DNA of 64,000 nt from Waterburya sp. (GCA_965217895.1 CBDCJV010000002.1:4160001-4224000), one strand, 5' to 3'. Positions 19,535 to 30,728 are shown, counted from the stretch's first letter. Notes: generated by a model from the sequence alone, not told the origin. Numbers and translations: made by a program.

Positions 19535-19996
19535 GAGAAAATTTTGGGGTTACATCTTAGATTATTTTAATTTATAAAATCTTAATTAATTGTTACGCAA
19601 AAACTAAAAATTTTTTGACCAGCGCGCAAGCTTCGACAGTATATTTTTGGGATACACTGGTTATCCTGCCCTAAATATGGCGTATAATACGATAATAAAT
19701 AAAGCCACCATAGCTTAAAGCTATGTTACATTTTTTAAAGAGGTGAGAACCATTTTATTTATGAGTTCTTTCCCCTGATGGACTTAAACAATAGATATAC
19801 CTATTTGTGCCGTTTGCCTTTGTGCAGCAAGGCTTTGAAAAAGTTGGCACTCTTTTATCTGAAGGCTTGATGGCAGTCTCGCGTATCCACAGGTTCAAGC
19901 AAAGTAATCTTGAATTGTAAAGATAGCTAAGACTCAAAATAAGCTAATTCGGTAAAATCATCCACAATTATTTTTGTTAGCTAATTTATAGGCTTC

Positions 19997-20665
19997 ATGT
20001 TTTCTAAACAAGTAACAGATTCAAAAACTTTTCAGTGGTTTGATGAGCGTCTAGAAATTCAAGCAATTTCTGACGACATCACCAGTAAGTACGTGCCACC
20101 TCATGTAAACATTTTTTACTGCTTGGGCGGTATAACTCTAGTCTGCTTTCTAATTCAGTTTGCGACTGGATTTTGCATGACTTTCTACTACAAACCCAGT
20201 GTAGCTGAGGCTTTCACTTCAGTTGAATATCTGATGAACGAAGTCAGCTTTGGCTGGTTAATTCGTTCTATCCATCGCTGGTCAGCCAGCATGATGGTTC
20301 TTATGATGATTCTTCATACTTTCCGCGTCTATCTTACAGGTGGTTTCAAAAAACCCCGTGAGTTGACCTGGATTACTGGAGTAATCATGGCTGTAATTAC
20401 AGTAAGCTTTGGCGTTACTGGTTATTCTCTTCCTTGGGATCAAGTTGGCTATTGGGCTGTAAAAATTGTCTCTGGTGTACCAGCAGCAATTCCCGTTGTC
20501 GGCGACCAAATGGTCGAACTGTTGAGAGGTGGCGCAAGTGTTGGTCAAGCTACATTAACTCGTTTTTATAGCTTGCATACCTTTGTTTTACCTTGGTTAA
20601 TTGCAGTGTTTATGCTGCTACACTTTTTGATGATTCGCAAACAAGGAATTTCTGGTCCTTTGTAA
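19997..20665 (+). CDS. petB: cytochrome b6
   Basis: [33 protein letters not shown]. Confidence 0.99.
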   Translation: MFSKQVTDSKTFQWFDERLEIQAISDDITSKYVPPHVNIFYCLGGITLVCFLIQFATGFCMTFYYKPSVAEAFTSVEYLMNEVSFGWLIRSIHRWSASMMVLMMILHTFRVYLTGGFKKPRELTWITGVIMAVITVSFGVTGYSLPWDQVGYWAVKIVSGVPAAIPVVGDQMVELLRGGASVGQATLTRFYSLHTFVLPWLIAVFMLLHFLMIRKQGISGPL

Positions 20666-20802
20666 ACTAGAAATCATTACTTTGTCAGAGGTTTTAATCA
20701 GCGGTAGCTGATAGATTTCGATTAAAATTGCAAGTAAATTGTATCTAAGCTAGATAAATTATTTCAATTAGCTGATTCCCAAGAAAATTAGGAGAAAAAA
20801 CT

Positions 20803-21285
20803 ATGTCCACTTTAAAAAAGCCCGATCTCAGCGATCCCGCTTTACGCGCTAAGTTGGCTCAAGGTATGGGTCACAACTACTATGGTGAACCTGCTTGGCC
20901 CAATGATTTGCTATATATATTCCCCGTAGTTATTTTAGGAACTATTGGTTTAACCGTAAGTTTAGCTGTCCTCGATCCTGCCACGATTGGCGAACCTGCT
21001 AATCCTTTTGCTACTCCTCTGGAAATTTTACCTGAGTGGTACTTGTATCCTGTATTCCAAATTTTGCGTGTAGTTCCTAGTAAACTATTAGGAATTGCTG
21101 CTCAAACAGCCGTACCTCTAGGGTTGATGTTAATTCCTTTCATCGAAAACGTTAACAAGTTCCAAAATCCTTTCCGTCGCCCTGTAGCTACTAGCCTATT
21201 CATATTTGGAACTTTGGTAACTATTTGGTTGGGAATTGGTGCGACCTATCCCATCGACGAATCCTTAACTTTAGGCTTGTTTTAA
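20803..21285 (+). CDS. petD: cytochrome b6f subunit IV
   Basis: [19 protein letters not shown] motif. Confidence 0.99.
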   Translation: MSTLKKPDLSDPALRAKLAQGMGHNYYGEPAWPNDLLYIFPVVILGTIGLTVSLAVLDPATIGEPANPFATPLEILPEWYLYPVFQILRVVPSKLLGIAAQTAVPLGLMLIPFIENVNKFQNPFRRPVATSLFIFGTLVTIWLGIGATYPIDESLTLGLF

Positions 21286-21335
21286 ATCCTAGTTAACTAT
21301 AGGCTATAGGTTTGATTCAAGTTTTAGTTAAGTTT

Positions 21336-21407
21336 GCGAGATATAGTATTTCGTTATTCATCATTTTTCATTTTTGTTATGAAGAGTAACGATTGATTGT
21401 ATCTCGC
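21336..21407. terminator. long imperfect hairpin downstream of petD
   Basis: gcgagatatagtatttcgttattcatcat pairs imperfectly with atgaagagtaacgattgattgtatctcgc. Confidence 0.55.
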
Positions 21408-21535
21408 TGTTTAATTTAGTAACGCAATTTCTGAGAGATTGTCGTAACTTATAATTTATTGGTATCATGAATTGATTGAGGAGTTGATAGCTAAAATTAC
21501 ACCTCTTCACCTGCATACTAATTAGAGAAGAAAGG

Positions 21536-21560
21536 AAGTGGGGACAGCCCGCTTTTTTTT
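21536..21560 (+). promoter_or_regulatory. rimP leader hairpin / attenuator-like terminator
   Basis: AAGTGGG-gacag-CCCGCTT followed by a T run upstream of rimP. Confidence 0.6.
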
Positions 21561-21626
21561 GTTGTCTAAATTAAATAAACAATTCCAACTCAAGCAAAGT
21601 TGGCTGACGACAACCTTTTCCTCAAC

Positions 21627-22085
21627 ATGACTCATCCTGTTGTTCTCCAAATTATTGAACTAGCATCTCCCCTAGCTGAAGAACTCAATCTAGAGTTGGT
21701 TGATGTGGTTTTTCAAACAAATAAAAACCCACCTATTTTAAGAATAGATGTTCGCAATCCTAATACAGATACTAGTTTAGAAAATTGCGAACAAATGAGC
21801 CGTATTTTAGAAGAGAAACTGGATCTTGCTGAAATTGTTCCTGGAGCTTATGTTCTAGAAATTTCTAGCCCTGGTATTTCTCGTACTTTAACTACAGAGC
21901 GAGAATTTGTGGCATTCAAAGGTTTTGCTGTCAAGATTAATACTTTTGCTCCTTACAAAAATCATAAACAATGGCAGGGAAGACTACAGCATAGAGACGA
22001 AGCAGCAGTTCATATCAATAAAAAAGGAAAAGCGATCGCCATTCCCCGTAATTTAATCGCCAAAGTAGAGCTTGACGATGAATAA
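21627..22085 (+). CDS. rimP: ribosome maturation factor RimP
   Basis: MTHP start, YVLEISSPGI.R.L; first gene of the nusA-infB operon. Confidence 0.95.
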   Translation: MTHPVVLQIIELASPLAEELNLELVDVVFQTNKNPPILRIDVRNPNTDTSLENCEQMSRILEEKLDLAEIVPGAYVLEISSPGISRTLTTEREFVAFKGFAVKINTFAPYKNHKQWQGRLQHRDEAAVHINKKGKAIAIPRNLIAKVELDDE

Positions 22086-22161
22086 CTTAGCCAACTTTAA
22101 CAATCTAGGTTAATCACAATTATAGTCTTAATCTAAATTTTACTATTAGGAGTACTAAAAT

Positions 22162-23508
22162 ATGACCTTAGTCAGTTTGCCTGGTCTGAGGGCAACAATC
22201 GCCGAAATCAGTCAACGATACAATTTACCCGATAGTGCTGTTGAGGAAGCTTTAAGAGAAGCTTTAGTTAAGGGCTACGAAAAGTTTCGCCGTTCTAAAA
22301 GCCGTGATGAAGAATTTAGTGAAGAATATTTTGAAAATTTTAATGTTCAGTTAGATACAGAAGACGAAGGATTTCAAATTCTGACTACCAAAGTCATTGT
22401 TGACGTTAGTAAAGACCAAATTGAAGATCGGGATCATCAAATAGCTTTGAGTGAAGTACAAGAGCAGGTTGATGACTCAGAAATTCAGGTAGGAGACTCA
22501 GTGTTAGTTGATGTCACTCCCGAACAAAAAGATTTTGGTCGCATGGCAGCAATTCAAACTAAACAAGTCTTATTACAAAAATTACGGGATCAGCAAAGAA
22601 AACTTATTCAAGAAGAATTTGAAGATTTAGAAGATACAGTTTTACAGGCACGAGTAGTCCGTTTTGAACGTCAGTCAGCTATTGTTGCGGTTACTAGCGG
22701 TTTAGGACAGCCAGAGGTAGAAGCTGAATTACCTAAAAGAGAGCAACTGCCCAATGATACCTATCGTTCCAACACCACCTTCAAAGTATATTTGAAAAAA
22801 GTCAGGGACACGCCCAATCGTGGTCCTCAGCTAATGGTTTCTAGGGCTACGGCGGGTTTAGTTGTTGAACTGTTTAGCAATGAAGTTCCCGAAATTGAAG
22901 AAGAAATTGTCCGTATTGTGGCTGTGGCAAGAGAAGCTCATCCTCCATCACGTCATGTTGGGGTACGTACCAAAATAGCTGTAGATACCTTAGAACGAGA
23001 TGTCGATCCTGTAGGAGCTTGTATTGGTGCTAGAGGCTCAAGAATTCAGGCAGTAGTTAATGAGCTTAGAGGCGAAAAAATTGATGTGATCCGCTGGTCT
23101 CCTGACCCAGCTACTTATATTGCCAATTCTCTAAGTCCTGCCAGAGTAGATCAGGTGGTTTTAGCAAATACTGAAGAAAAGCAATCTGTGGTTTTGGTAG
23201 CTGAAGACCAACTAAGTTTAGCAATTGGTAAAGAAGGACAAAATGTTCGATTGGCAGCTAGACTTACAGGCTGGAAAATTGATATCAAAGATGTTGATAA
23301 ATTTGATGAGGAAGCTGAAATGGCGAAATGGGCTGCCCAGGCAGAGGCAGCTAAGGCAAGGACAGCAGAACTTGCTGAAGAAGAAGTAGAGGAAGTAGAA
23401 GTAAAGCTAGCAGAATCTGACCCCGAGGCAGAAACGATTACCGAGTCTGCGTCAGAAGAAGATTTAGCAACTCAACCAGCAGAAACAGAAATAGAAGAAG
23501 AGGACTAG
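22162..23508 (+). CDS. nusA: transcription factor NusA
   Basis: [38 protein letters not shown]. Confidence 0.98.
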   Translation: MTLVSLPGLRATIAEISQRYNLPDSAVEEALREALVKGYEKFRRSKSRDEEFSEEYFENFNVQLDTEDEGFQILTTKVIVDVSKDQIEDRDHQIALSEVQEQVDDSEIQVGDSVLVDVTPEQKDFGRMAAIQTKQVLLQKLRDQQRKLIQEEFEDLEDTVLQARVVRFERQSAIVAVTSGLGQPEVEAELPKREQLPNDTYRSNTTFKVYLKKVRDTPNRGPQLMVSRATAGLVVELFSNEVPEIEEEIVRIVAVAREAHPPSRHVGVRTKIAVDTLERDVDPVGACIGARGSRIQAVVNELRGEKIDVIRWSPDPATYIANSLSPARVDQVVLANTEEKQSVVLVAEDQLSLAIGKEGQNVRLAARLTGWKIDIKDVDKFDEEAEMAKWAAQAEAAKARTAELAEEEVEEVEVKLAESDPEAETITESASEEDLATQPAETEIEEED

Positions 23509-23614
23509 GTAATTTGTATTTATGCGGTCATAGATTATAACCATAACTATAACCGCGCAAAAAACTATAGCCCGTGCAATAGGCAAAAGCAAAATATTCG
23601 ATAAAAGCAAAAGT

Positions 23615-23863
23615 TTGAAGCAGATTAATGAGCGTCGATGTGTTAGCTGTCGTCGAGTAGCATCCAAAGAATCATTTTGGCGAATAGTTCGCCTACACCG
23701 AAACCATCAAATTCAGTTGGATAGAGGCATGGGGCGTTCGGCTTACCTGTGTTGCAATATTAAATGTTTAAATCAAGCTAAAATTAAAAACCGTTTAAGT
23801 AGTTCTTTAAGAACAAAAGTACCTGAAGGTATTTATCAAAAATTACAAGAACGTTTAAGCTGA
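23615..23863 (+). CDS. ylxR: YlxR/DUF448 (RnpM) family protein
   Basis: RRCVSCR, GRSAYLC...C; lies between nusA and infB; TTG start. Confidence 0.9.
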   Translation: MKQINERRCVSCRRVASKESFWRIVRLHRNHQIQLDRGMGRSAYLCCNIKCLNQAKIKNRLSSSLRTKVPEGIYQKLQERLS

Positions 23864-24122
23864 TAATATTAATGTCAGAAAATAAATACCAAACTTTTTT
23901 AAACTTAAACTTAAAATCACCTAAACAATCTGATATTTTTCTCTAAAATAGAGCTATGAGGTAATTTTCTTTAGACTTAAAGACTTGTTCAGTATCATTC
24001 TATATTTAGATTTTATTTGATAGAGTCATAAAAGTTAGATTAGCAATCTTGGAAACATGAAAGACTACATGGATAAACAAATGGTCAAATAAACACAAAC
24101 AGTTAACAGAGGGGCATAGTGG

Positions 24123-27080
24123 ATGAACGGCAAAGTAAGAATATACGAACTATCGAAAGAATTAAATTTGGACAACAAAGACATTAAAGAAATTTGCGAA
24201 CAGCTTAACATTGCAGTTAAAAGTCATAGCAGCACAATTACAGCATCTCAAGCAGAAAGAGTAAAAGCAATGGCTGCAAAATCCCCTCTTGCTGAAAAGA
24301 CAACAAATAGCCCAAAAAAAGAAGCAAAACCACCAAAAGCACCAGGGAAGCGCAAGCAGCAAATCTTGGCTATTCATCATAATAGGGGTGAAGCTCCTGC
24401 TTCCTTTCAAAATAACAATTCTAATGGTGGAACATCTTCAAAATTGGTATCTCCACCCAGCAGACCAGGATCCTCAACTTCAAAAACATCTCAATCAGAA
24501 TCTTTGGTATCACCAAAATCTGCTCAATTTAGAGAGCCTGATTCCAATCGTCATGAGCTTAAACAATCTTCTCGAAGAGAACAAAATAACTTAGACTTTA
24601 CTTCTAAATCAGCGGCAGCTAAACCGCCTCGATTAGTTACGCCTCCTGCTCGCGCCCAGGAGAACAAGGCGAAAAATTCTGGTTCTGTTCCCTCACCTGT
24701 TAAGCCTAAAATAAAAATTACGGAGCAACCTCAAAGTAAGCAAGAAGGAGAGAAAGAGAAAGAGAAAGAGAAAAAGAAAAAGGTTATTCCTGCTCTGCCT
24801 AAGTTGAATCAAAGACCTCAAAAAGCGGAAATAGCGAGCAAAGCCAAAACAACACCAGATGAAGATCTTGATGATAGTCTCGCTATTGACTTGCCTGATG
24901 ATAATGAGATTGATAATGATGAGATTATCAAAAAAACTGAAGTTAAAAAGGTTACTAGACTCAAGCGTCCAACTCCCCCTCGCAAAGTAAAAGAATGGGA
25001 AAACGAAGAGGAGGATGAAGGAAAACAAAAGGCTGGAAAAGCAAAAGCTAGTAAAAAGCGTCGTGGAATCAAACCTTTGTTGGATGATGATGACGATTTT
25101 GATTCTGATTCTAATGCAGTTCAAGTTAATAAAGCCTTTAGTTTGTCTACGGCGCGTCCAGCCAAGCCAAAATCTATGCAGCAAGAACAGCCTGCTGCCA
25201 GCGTCAACAAAAAACCTCGCAAGCCATCATTCAAGACAGAGAAAACTCAAAAAACTGAGCGTCAGTCAAAAAATAAAGCTGTTACGCCAACTTTACCTGA
25301 GATAATTACTTTATCCGATAATTTGACCGTCAGAGATCTATCCCAAAGACTTAATACACCAGAAACGGACATTATTAGAAGCTTATTCTTCAAAGGAATA
25401 GCGGTCAATATTACTCAAACTTTAGATTTAGAAACGGCTCGTTCAGTAGCTGAGGAGTTGGGGGTAATTGTAGATACTCCTGAAGAAAAATCAGCAGCTA
25501 CTAAAGATACAGAAATGTTAGATGCTAATGATTTAGAAAATCTTCAGCCTCGCCCACCTGTAGTTACAATCATGGGTCACGTAGACCACGGTAAAACCAC
25601 TCTGCTTGATTCAATTCGCAAAAGCACCGTAGCTTCGGGAGAAGCAGGGGGGATTACCCAGCATATTGGGGCATATCATGTTGATGTAGAACATAACGGT
25701 AGTAATCAGCAAATTGTCTTTTTAGATACTCCTGGTCACGAAGCCTTCACAGCAATGCGTGCTAGAGGCACGAGAGTGACGGATATAGCTGTTTTGGTAG
25801 TGGCTGCTGATGATGGAGTACAGCCTCAAACCAAAGAAGCTATTAGCCATGCTAAAGCTGCTCAAGTGCCGCTCTTAGTAGCTATTAATAAAGTAGACAA
25901 GCCAGAATCTAACCCCGATAGAATTAAACAAGAACTAACAGAACAAGGATTAGTTCCTGAAGATTGGGGTGGCGACACCACTATGGTTGAGGTAAGCGCG
26001 CTTAAGGGAGACAACTTAGATGAACTAATGGAGATGATCCTTTTATTAGCTGAGGTTGAAGAGCTTTCGGCTAACCCAGACCGTCCTGCTAAAGGAACAG
26101 TGATTGAAGCCAATCTCGATCGCAATCGTGGTCCAGTTGCTACACTTCTAGTTCAAAACGGTACTCTACGAGTAGGAGACAGTATTGTTGCTGGTTCTGT
26201 ATTGGGCAAAGTTAAAGCTATGGTTGATGATACAGGGAATAAAATAGAAGCAGCAACGCCATCATTTGCTGTTGAAGTCTTAGGACTTAATGATGTTCCT
26301 GAAGCTGGAGACGAGTTTGATATTTACCCTAGTGAAAAAGAAGCCAGAGTAGTTGCTGACCAAAGAGCGATCGCCCAACGCGATACCCGACTACTACAGT
26401 CTTTGTCATCTCGTCGAGTCAGTCTTAGTACTCTTTCCGCTCAAGCACAGGAAGGAGAGCTTAAAGAGCTAAACCTGATTATCAAAGCTGATGTTCAAGG
26501 TTCGGTAGAGGCTATTCAAGGTTCTTTACAACAGCTACCTCAAAATGAAGTTCAGATTCGCACTTTGATGGCATCTCCAGGAGAAGTAACTGAAACTGAT
26601 GTAGATTTGGCAGCAGCTAGTGGTGCAGTCATTATTGGCTTCAATACTACCTTAGCTACAGGTTCAAGACAGGCAGCCGATAGAGAAGGGGTAGACATTC
26701 GCCAATACAACATCATCTATAAGCTTTTAGATGATATTCAAGGGGCAATGGAAGGTCTGCTCGATCCTGAAGAGATTGAAGAAAGTCTAGGTCAAGTTGA
26801 AGTTCGTGCCGTATTCCCAGTTGGTCGTGGTGCTGTGGCTGGTTGTTATGTTTTATCTGGTAAAATCGTTCGTAACTGTAGGATTCGCGTTCGTCGTGGA
26901 GATAAAATAGTCCACGAAGGTGAATTGAATTCTCTCAAACGGATGAAGGATGACGCAAAAGAAGTTAATACTGGTTTTGAGTGTGGTATTGGCGCATCTA
27001 AATTCTCTGACTGGAAAGAAGGAGATATTATCGAGGCTTACGAACTAGTCTTCAAGCGTCGTACTTTAGCAACTAAATAA
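24123..27080 (+). CDS. infB: translation initiation factor IF-2
   Basis: [32 protein letters not shown]. Confidence 0.99.
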   Translation: MNGKVRIYELSKELNLDNKDIKEICEQLNIAVKSHSSTITASQAERVKAMAAKSPLAEKTTNSPKKEAKPPKAPGKRKQQILAIHHNRGEAPASFQNNNSNGGTSSKLVSPPSRPGSSTSKTSQSESLVSPKSAQFREPDSNRHELKQSSRREQNNLDFTSKSAAAKPPRLVTPPARAQENKAKNSGSVPSPVKPKIKITEQPQSKQEGEKEKEKEKKKKVIPALPKLNQRPQKAEIASKAKTTPDEDLDDSLAIDLPDDNEIDNDEIIKKTEVKKVTRLKRPTPPRKVKEWENEEEDEGKQKAGKAKASKKRRGIKPLLDDDDDFDSDSNAVQVNKAFSLSTARPAKPKSMQQEQPAASVNKKPRKPSFKTEKTQKTERQSKNKAVTPTLPEIITLSDNLTVRDLSQRLNTPETDIIRSLFFKGIAVNITQTLDLETARSVAEELGVIVDTPEEKSAATKDTEMLDANDLENLQPRPPVVTIMGHVDHGKTTLLDSIRKSTVASGEAGGITQHIGAYHVDVEHNGSNQQIVFLDTPGHEAFTAMRARGTRVTDIAVLVVAADDGVQPQTKEAISHAKAAQVPLLVAINKVDKPESNPDRIKQELTEQGLVPEDWGGDTTMVEVSALKGDNLDELMEMILLLAEVEELSANPDRPAKGTVIEANLDRNRGPVATLLVQNGTLRVGDSIVAGSVLGKVKAMVDDTGNKIEAATPSFAVEVLGLNDVPEAGDEFDIYPSEKEARVVADQRAIAQRDTRLLQSLSSRRVSLSTLSAQAQEGELKELNLIIKADVQGSVEAIQGSLQQLPQNEVQIRTLMASPGEVTETDVDLAAASGAVIIGFNTTLATGSRQAADREGVDIRQYNIIYKLLDDIQGAMEGLLDPEEIEESLGQVEVRAVFPVGRGAVAGCYVLSGKIVRNCRIRVRRGDKIVHEGELNSLKRMKDDAKEVNTGFECGIGASKFSDWKEGDIIEAYELVFKRRTLATK

Positions 27081-27125
27081 ATACGCTTTTTGTTGTTGAA
27101 AGAAATTAGAAGCTAAGCTTGATAG

Positions 27126-27155
27126 TAGAGGAGGTATACTTCCTCTATTTTTTTT
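27126..27155 (+). terminator. rho-independent terminator of the infB operon
   Basis: TAGAGGAGG-tata-CTTCCTCTA followed by a T run. Confidence 0.75.
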
Positions 27156-27177
27156 GTCTGTACTTTGTTATTTTGAG

Positions 27178-27270
27178 TAATACTAAATTCTGTTCTCAAG
27201 ACCCATTTATAATAGAGAAGTAATAAACAGTAAAAAATAATGTCGAGAAAAGCTTCTCTAGCACCTCGCT
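27178..27270 (+). mobile_element. IS5-family (IS1031-like) left-end relic
   Basis: TACTAAATTCTGTT end followed at 27240 by ATG TCG AGA AAA GCT..., a decayed MSRKAYSSDL-type transposase start. Confidence 0.5.
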
Positions 27271-27274
27271 GCAT

Positions 27275-27530
27275 CGCAAGTCGAGCAATCCAAATCACAG
27301 CTTGTTTGATTGAAGGAGTTTTTTTAAGCAAAGGAAAACCATGAAAGTAACAATAAAGAGATTGCCATTCGTGATCTTCTAGAATCGTATCGCAAGGAAG
27401 GTCAGGATTTGTTCTAGCCTCATAAGTTAACTAAAGCAACCGCCAAGCAACAATCGTATAAGTGGCTAAAGCTTTTTTAATTCGTTCAGCAGTCTTTAAT
27501 TGAAGTTGCTCAATGCGACAACCGCTTTTA
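27275..27530 (-). mobile_element. IS4-family (IS50/Tn5-like) transposase fragment
   Basis: KSGCRIEQLQLKTAERIKKALATYTIVAWRLL*LTYEAR..PC...L...EW...PSIKQAVIWIARL with an internal stop; cut off at the IS630 end. Confidence 0.85.
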
Positions 27531-28125
27531 ATACCAATTCTCAAAAGTAATGCACTAAATTAAGAAGAGAGAAGTGCAAGATGAATTTTCAGGGGAAACA
27601 AACTGAAAGTAGAAATTACCGAAACTGTCAAAGAGTTCAAACACCAAAAAAAAGGTCAAGAAAAAGAACGCCTGCAAATGCTTTATTGGCTCAAGAGTGG
27701 TCAAGTGAAAAGCCGTAAAAAACTAGCACAAAGACTAGCTAGAAACGAATCTACTATTTATCGATGGCTCAAAAAGTATCAACAAGGAGGATTAACTAAA
27801 TTGTTATAAGTCAAACTAGCACCTGGAATCGAACCCAAGATTAAAGGTCAAGTTTTAGAGCAACTTCAAGAGAAGTGATCTCAGCCACAAGGTTTTAAAA
27901 GTCATCGAGATATTCATTCTTGGTTAACCAAATTGTTTAAGCTGGAGATAGGCTATTCAACGGTACATCGAATAGTTCGCTATCAACTCAAAGCTAAATT
28001 AAAAGTCCCCCGTCCGCGATCGCGAAAGACGACAAAGCACTCGTCAGCAACATCTAAAAAAACTGCCCGAACTGATTCAGGTAATGACCAAGCATTTTGC
28101 CCATGAGCGTCCGATACGTTACTTC
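27529..28125 (+). mobile_element. IS630-family element A: left end plus decayed transposase
   Basis: TA-ATACCAATTCTC end; KERLQMLYWLKSG..STIYRWLKKYQQGG..*..*..YSTVHRIVRYQLKAKLKVPRP; AAAAAAAC shift site near 28056-28063; truncated near 28125. Confidence 0.88.
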
Positions 28126-28377
28126 AGCGATAAGGTAAGAATTGGTGGGGCAGCATCGGGAGAAATCATTGACCTAGACAAATCCCGCACCGTTAGCGTT
28201 GAAGTTGAGAATGTCGCTCCAGAAATCACCGAGATTCAGATACCTGACGATATTATAGAGGGATTCTAAAATGATTACCGCACTTCACAAATGGTTTAAC
28301 GCTCAGAATCAGGATCATAACGGTCACGAAAATATGAATCATTGGTGACTCATTGTAAACAAGATGGAATAGAACTC

Positions 28378-28409
28378 TTGACTCTCTACCCAACTCAAGA
28401 GTTTAAACT
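28378..28409 (+). promoter_or_regulatory. MerR-family (ZntR/CueR-like) metal-responsive promoter
   Basis: TTGACT-20 bp-TAAACT with an ACTCT-N12-AGAGT dyad in the long spacer. Confidence 0.75.
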
Positions 28410-28447
28410 AGAAATCTCATAAACAAATCACTATAAATTTAATCGAT

Positions 28448-29026
28448 ATGTCAAAACTATTATCTAAAATAACCGTTACTTTGATCGCGATCGCAACCGT
28501 TCTTGGTGGAGCATATTATTTTACTTCTACTCAAGGGGCAAATAAAACAATCAGCATTAACAATTCAGTGATGGTTGGCGATATCACACAAGCTACTATG
28601 GTCAGCGTTTGGGACAAAGAAACCGAACCAGCTTATTCAGGAACAAGAGATATTACCGTCTATCGTCGTCCTAGCTGTGGCTGCTGTGGGGTATGGCTCG
28701 AACTGGCTCAGAAGCATGGCTTCAAGGTTAAAGATGTCAAAACTGAAGAGATGGAAACGTTAAAGCAGAAATATAATGTGCCTCCTGAGTTAGCATCTTG
28801 CCATACAACTATTGTTGATGGTTACGTTATGGAAGGGCATATTCCTGTCGATGACATTAAGCGTTTTCTAACTGAAAAATCAGAAGAATTTGTGGGTTTA
28901 GCTGTACCAGGAATGCCTTTAGGTTCCCCAGGAATGGAGACGGGAGACATGAAGCAGCCATTTCAAGTGTTGGCATTTAACAAAGAGGGAAAAGTTGAGG
29001 TGTTCCAAGAACATGAATCTTACTAA
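28448..29026 (+). CDS. DUF411 (CopG-like) periplasmic metal-binding protein
   Basis: N-terminal signal/TM; PSCGCC, ASCHT, EGHIP, GLAVPGMPLGSPGME. Confidence 0.92.
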   Translation: MSKLLSKITVTLIAIATVLGGAYYFTSTQGANKTISINNSVMVGDITQATMVSVWDKETEPAYSGTRDITVYRRPSCGCCGVWLELAQKHGFKVKDVKTEEMETLKQKYNVPPELASCHTTIVDGYVMEGHIPVDDIKRFLTEKSEEFVGLAVPGMPLGSPGMETGDMKQPFQVLAFNKEGKVEVFQEHESY

Positions 29027-29191
29027 TACAGCATTTGTACTCTTTCTTTAGTGCTGGAAGTTACTGCATGGTGCAGTCGGTGTTTCAATTCCTCAACACT
29101 TTCATTGACTTCTACCTGAAATTTATTTCCCATTCCTTTGCACCCTATCACTACTATTAATTTAGTGCATCTTCATGGAGATTTGGTATTA
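29023..29191 (-). mobile_element. IS630-family element B: left end plus 36-codon transposase N-terminus, facing element A
   Basis: Reverse complement of 29157-29191 matches 27529-27563 at 28/35 nt; ATG 29133 gives MGNKFQVEVNESVEELKHRL...KERVQMLY*. Confidence 0.85.
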
Positions 29192-29488
29192 TTTAAAGAA
29201 GTTGTTAAATGTAATTACTAGAACTTTCTAAGATGGTTAGTACCCGTGCTGTTCGAGCAAATCGATATCACCAAACCAGTGAAATTTCTGTCGGAAGAGC
29301 TAAGAACTAAAGCACCAAGTATCCTGAAAAAAGGCGATAAATTAATTATCGATATCACAAGCAAAGTATTTCTCAAAGATAGCGATCGCCCAATTATCGT
29401 CAATATTGAACCCCAGTCTTCTTACCAAGAAAACTTCAGTGAACGAGTAGCAAAATACAATCGGCTATTAAACATCAAGCACAATTAA
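29192..29488 (+). pseudogene. Rpn/YhgA-like recombination-promoting nuclease fragment
   Basis: FKEVV..*..P.LFEQID..KP..FLSEEL...D...KV.L.....IIVNIEPQS..QENFSERV.KY; 5' end cut by IS630-B, truncated at the 3' end. Confidence 0.65.
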
Positions 29489-29631
29489 ATTATTGTCAAA
29501 CGTACAAACAAACAGCATTTAGCATAGCTTAGATGAAAAACAAATAACAGAACTATTAATGAGGGTGAGAAAGTACCAGACGTTTAGGGGTTATATGAAT
29601 CAGGTGGTAAATAATTTGTAAGTATAGTTCT

Positions 29632-29718
29632 TAGTATTTGGTTTTTAGACTAACGACTAAAAACTAAATACTAGCCAAGGTGTACCCACCGCAGGGACTA
29701 AGAACTTATTTATCCCAC
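29632..29718. other. putative oriT relic
   Basis: 17-bp inverted repeat (16/17) at 29632-29673 plus TATCCCAC at 29711-29718, about 80 bp upstream of mobC. Confidence 0.35.
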
Positions 29719-29798
29719 ATCCAAACTTAAATCACAGCCAATTTCCAAAACCTAACTCATCTTGAAAGTAAGCAATCACTCCTTACCCTAAAAGAAAG

Positions 29799-30135
29799 AT
29801 GAGTAAACATAATTCATCACCAACCACAAAAAACAAAACACAAACGGCACAGATTAGATTTACAGCAAAAGAGCTAGCCTGGATTGACGAACAGGCAACC
29901 CAAGCAGGCATGAACCGCAGCAGGTGGATTAGAAGTAGTATGTCTCGATAACAACGTAGTTGTCAACCGAGAAACCGTTGAGTATCTTCACGACCTCAAG
30001 CAAGTAAACAGACATCTGGCAGCCATCGGCAACAACGTCAACCAAATCGCCAGAAATATCAATACCGCGATCACAAACCACTATAGTTATGGTTCTAAAG
30101 AAATCGCATCAATCCAGCCAAAAATCTTCAATTAG
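29799..30135 (+). pseudogene. mobC: plasmid mobilization relaxosome protein MobC, frameshifted
   Basis: MSKHNSS..IRFTAKE...I.EQA..AGMNRSRWIR (RHH domain), frameshift near 29940-29950, then LAAIGNNVNQIARNIN (MobC signature); absent from the ORF track. Confidence 0.88.
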
Positions 30136-30679
30136 AGTTGGGTTTTAGTCTAGTTACTTTCAGGGTAAATTTTCCCCCGCTAGTTTCACCAAAGGCTCTA
30201 ACTCGTACAATATATTTTCCTGCTTCGGTGATGCGCGAAAAAAGCAAAGAATTAGTTGTACCATCAGGACCATCATCGTTTTCAGCAACGGTTGCTCCAT
30301 CAGCAGCAATTAACATCACCATCGAATCGAAGTTATCCGAGGTAAGATCGATCGCCACCTGATCTCCTTTTTCTAGCTGCACATGATAATCACGGGCAAA
30401 ACCTCCTTCTCCTGTAGGAATGTCATTTTCCGTAAGCGTATCAGATATTTCTTTGTCTGAGGTAATTGAGGGTGGATCGTATATCTTAGATTCGGCTTGA
30501 ACAGACAGGGTTTGTAGTTCACATATAGAAATGGTAATTGCAGCAGCTAATATGTTTAACCAATGAGAAAAAACAAACTTAATAACCATACCAAACTGTA
30601 ATCTAGATAGCTTCAATTTTTCCATTATATATAGGCAGGTGAAATAAGAATGAAATTTCTTCTTTACTCCAAACTCCAA
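30128..30679 (-). CDS. PPC (pre-peptidase C-terminal) domain protein
   Basis: GDQVAIDLTSDNFD..L..ENDDG...NS.L..RI..AGKYIVRV; true start probably downstream (about 30589-30625). Confidence 0.85.
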   Translation of the reverse strand: MEFGVKKKFHSYFTCLYIMEKLKLSRLQFGMVIKFVFSHWLNILAAAITISICELQTLSVQAESKIYDPPSITSDKEISDTLTENDIPTGEGGFARDYHVQLEKGDQVAIDLTSDNFDSMVMLIAADGATVAENDDGPDGTTNSLLFSRITEAGKYIVRVRAFGETSGGKFTLKVTRLKPNSN

Positions 30680-30728
30680 AAAAGCATTAGCTGCCCCCTA
30701 CTCCTTACTTCCTACCTCAAGGTCTAGC

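Noticed and set aside
24162..26125. Several short antisense or out-of-frame ORFs within infB (likewise within uvrB, petB, psbA, ctpA and the symporter)
   Set aside because: Shadow ORFs of long conserved genes with no recognisable motifs.
27113..27331. 72-aa minus-strand ORF
   Set aside because: A chimeric read-through of an IS4 fragment into the antisense of another IS end and the infB terminator.
28084..28269. 61-aa ORF
   Set aside because: A fusion of the truncated IS630 second ORF with an unrelated fragment; not a credible gene.
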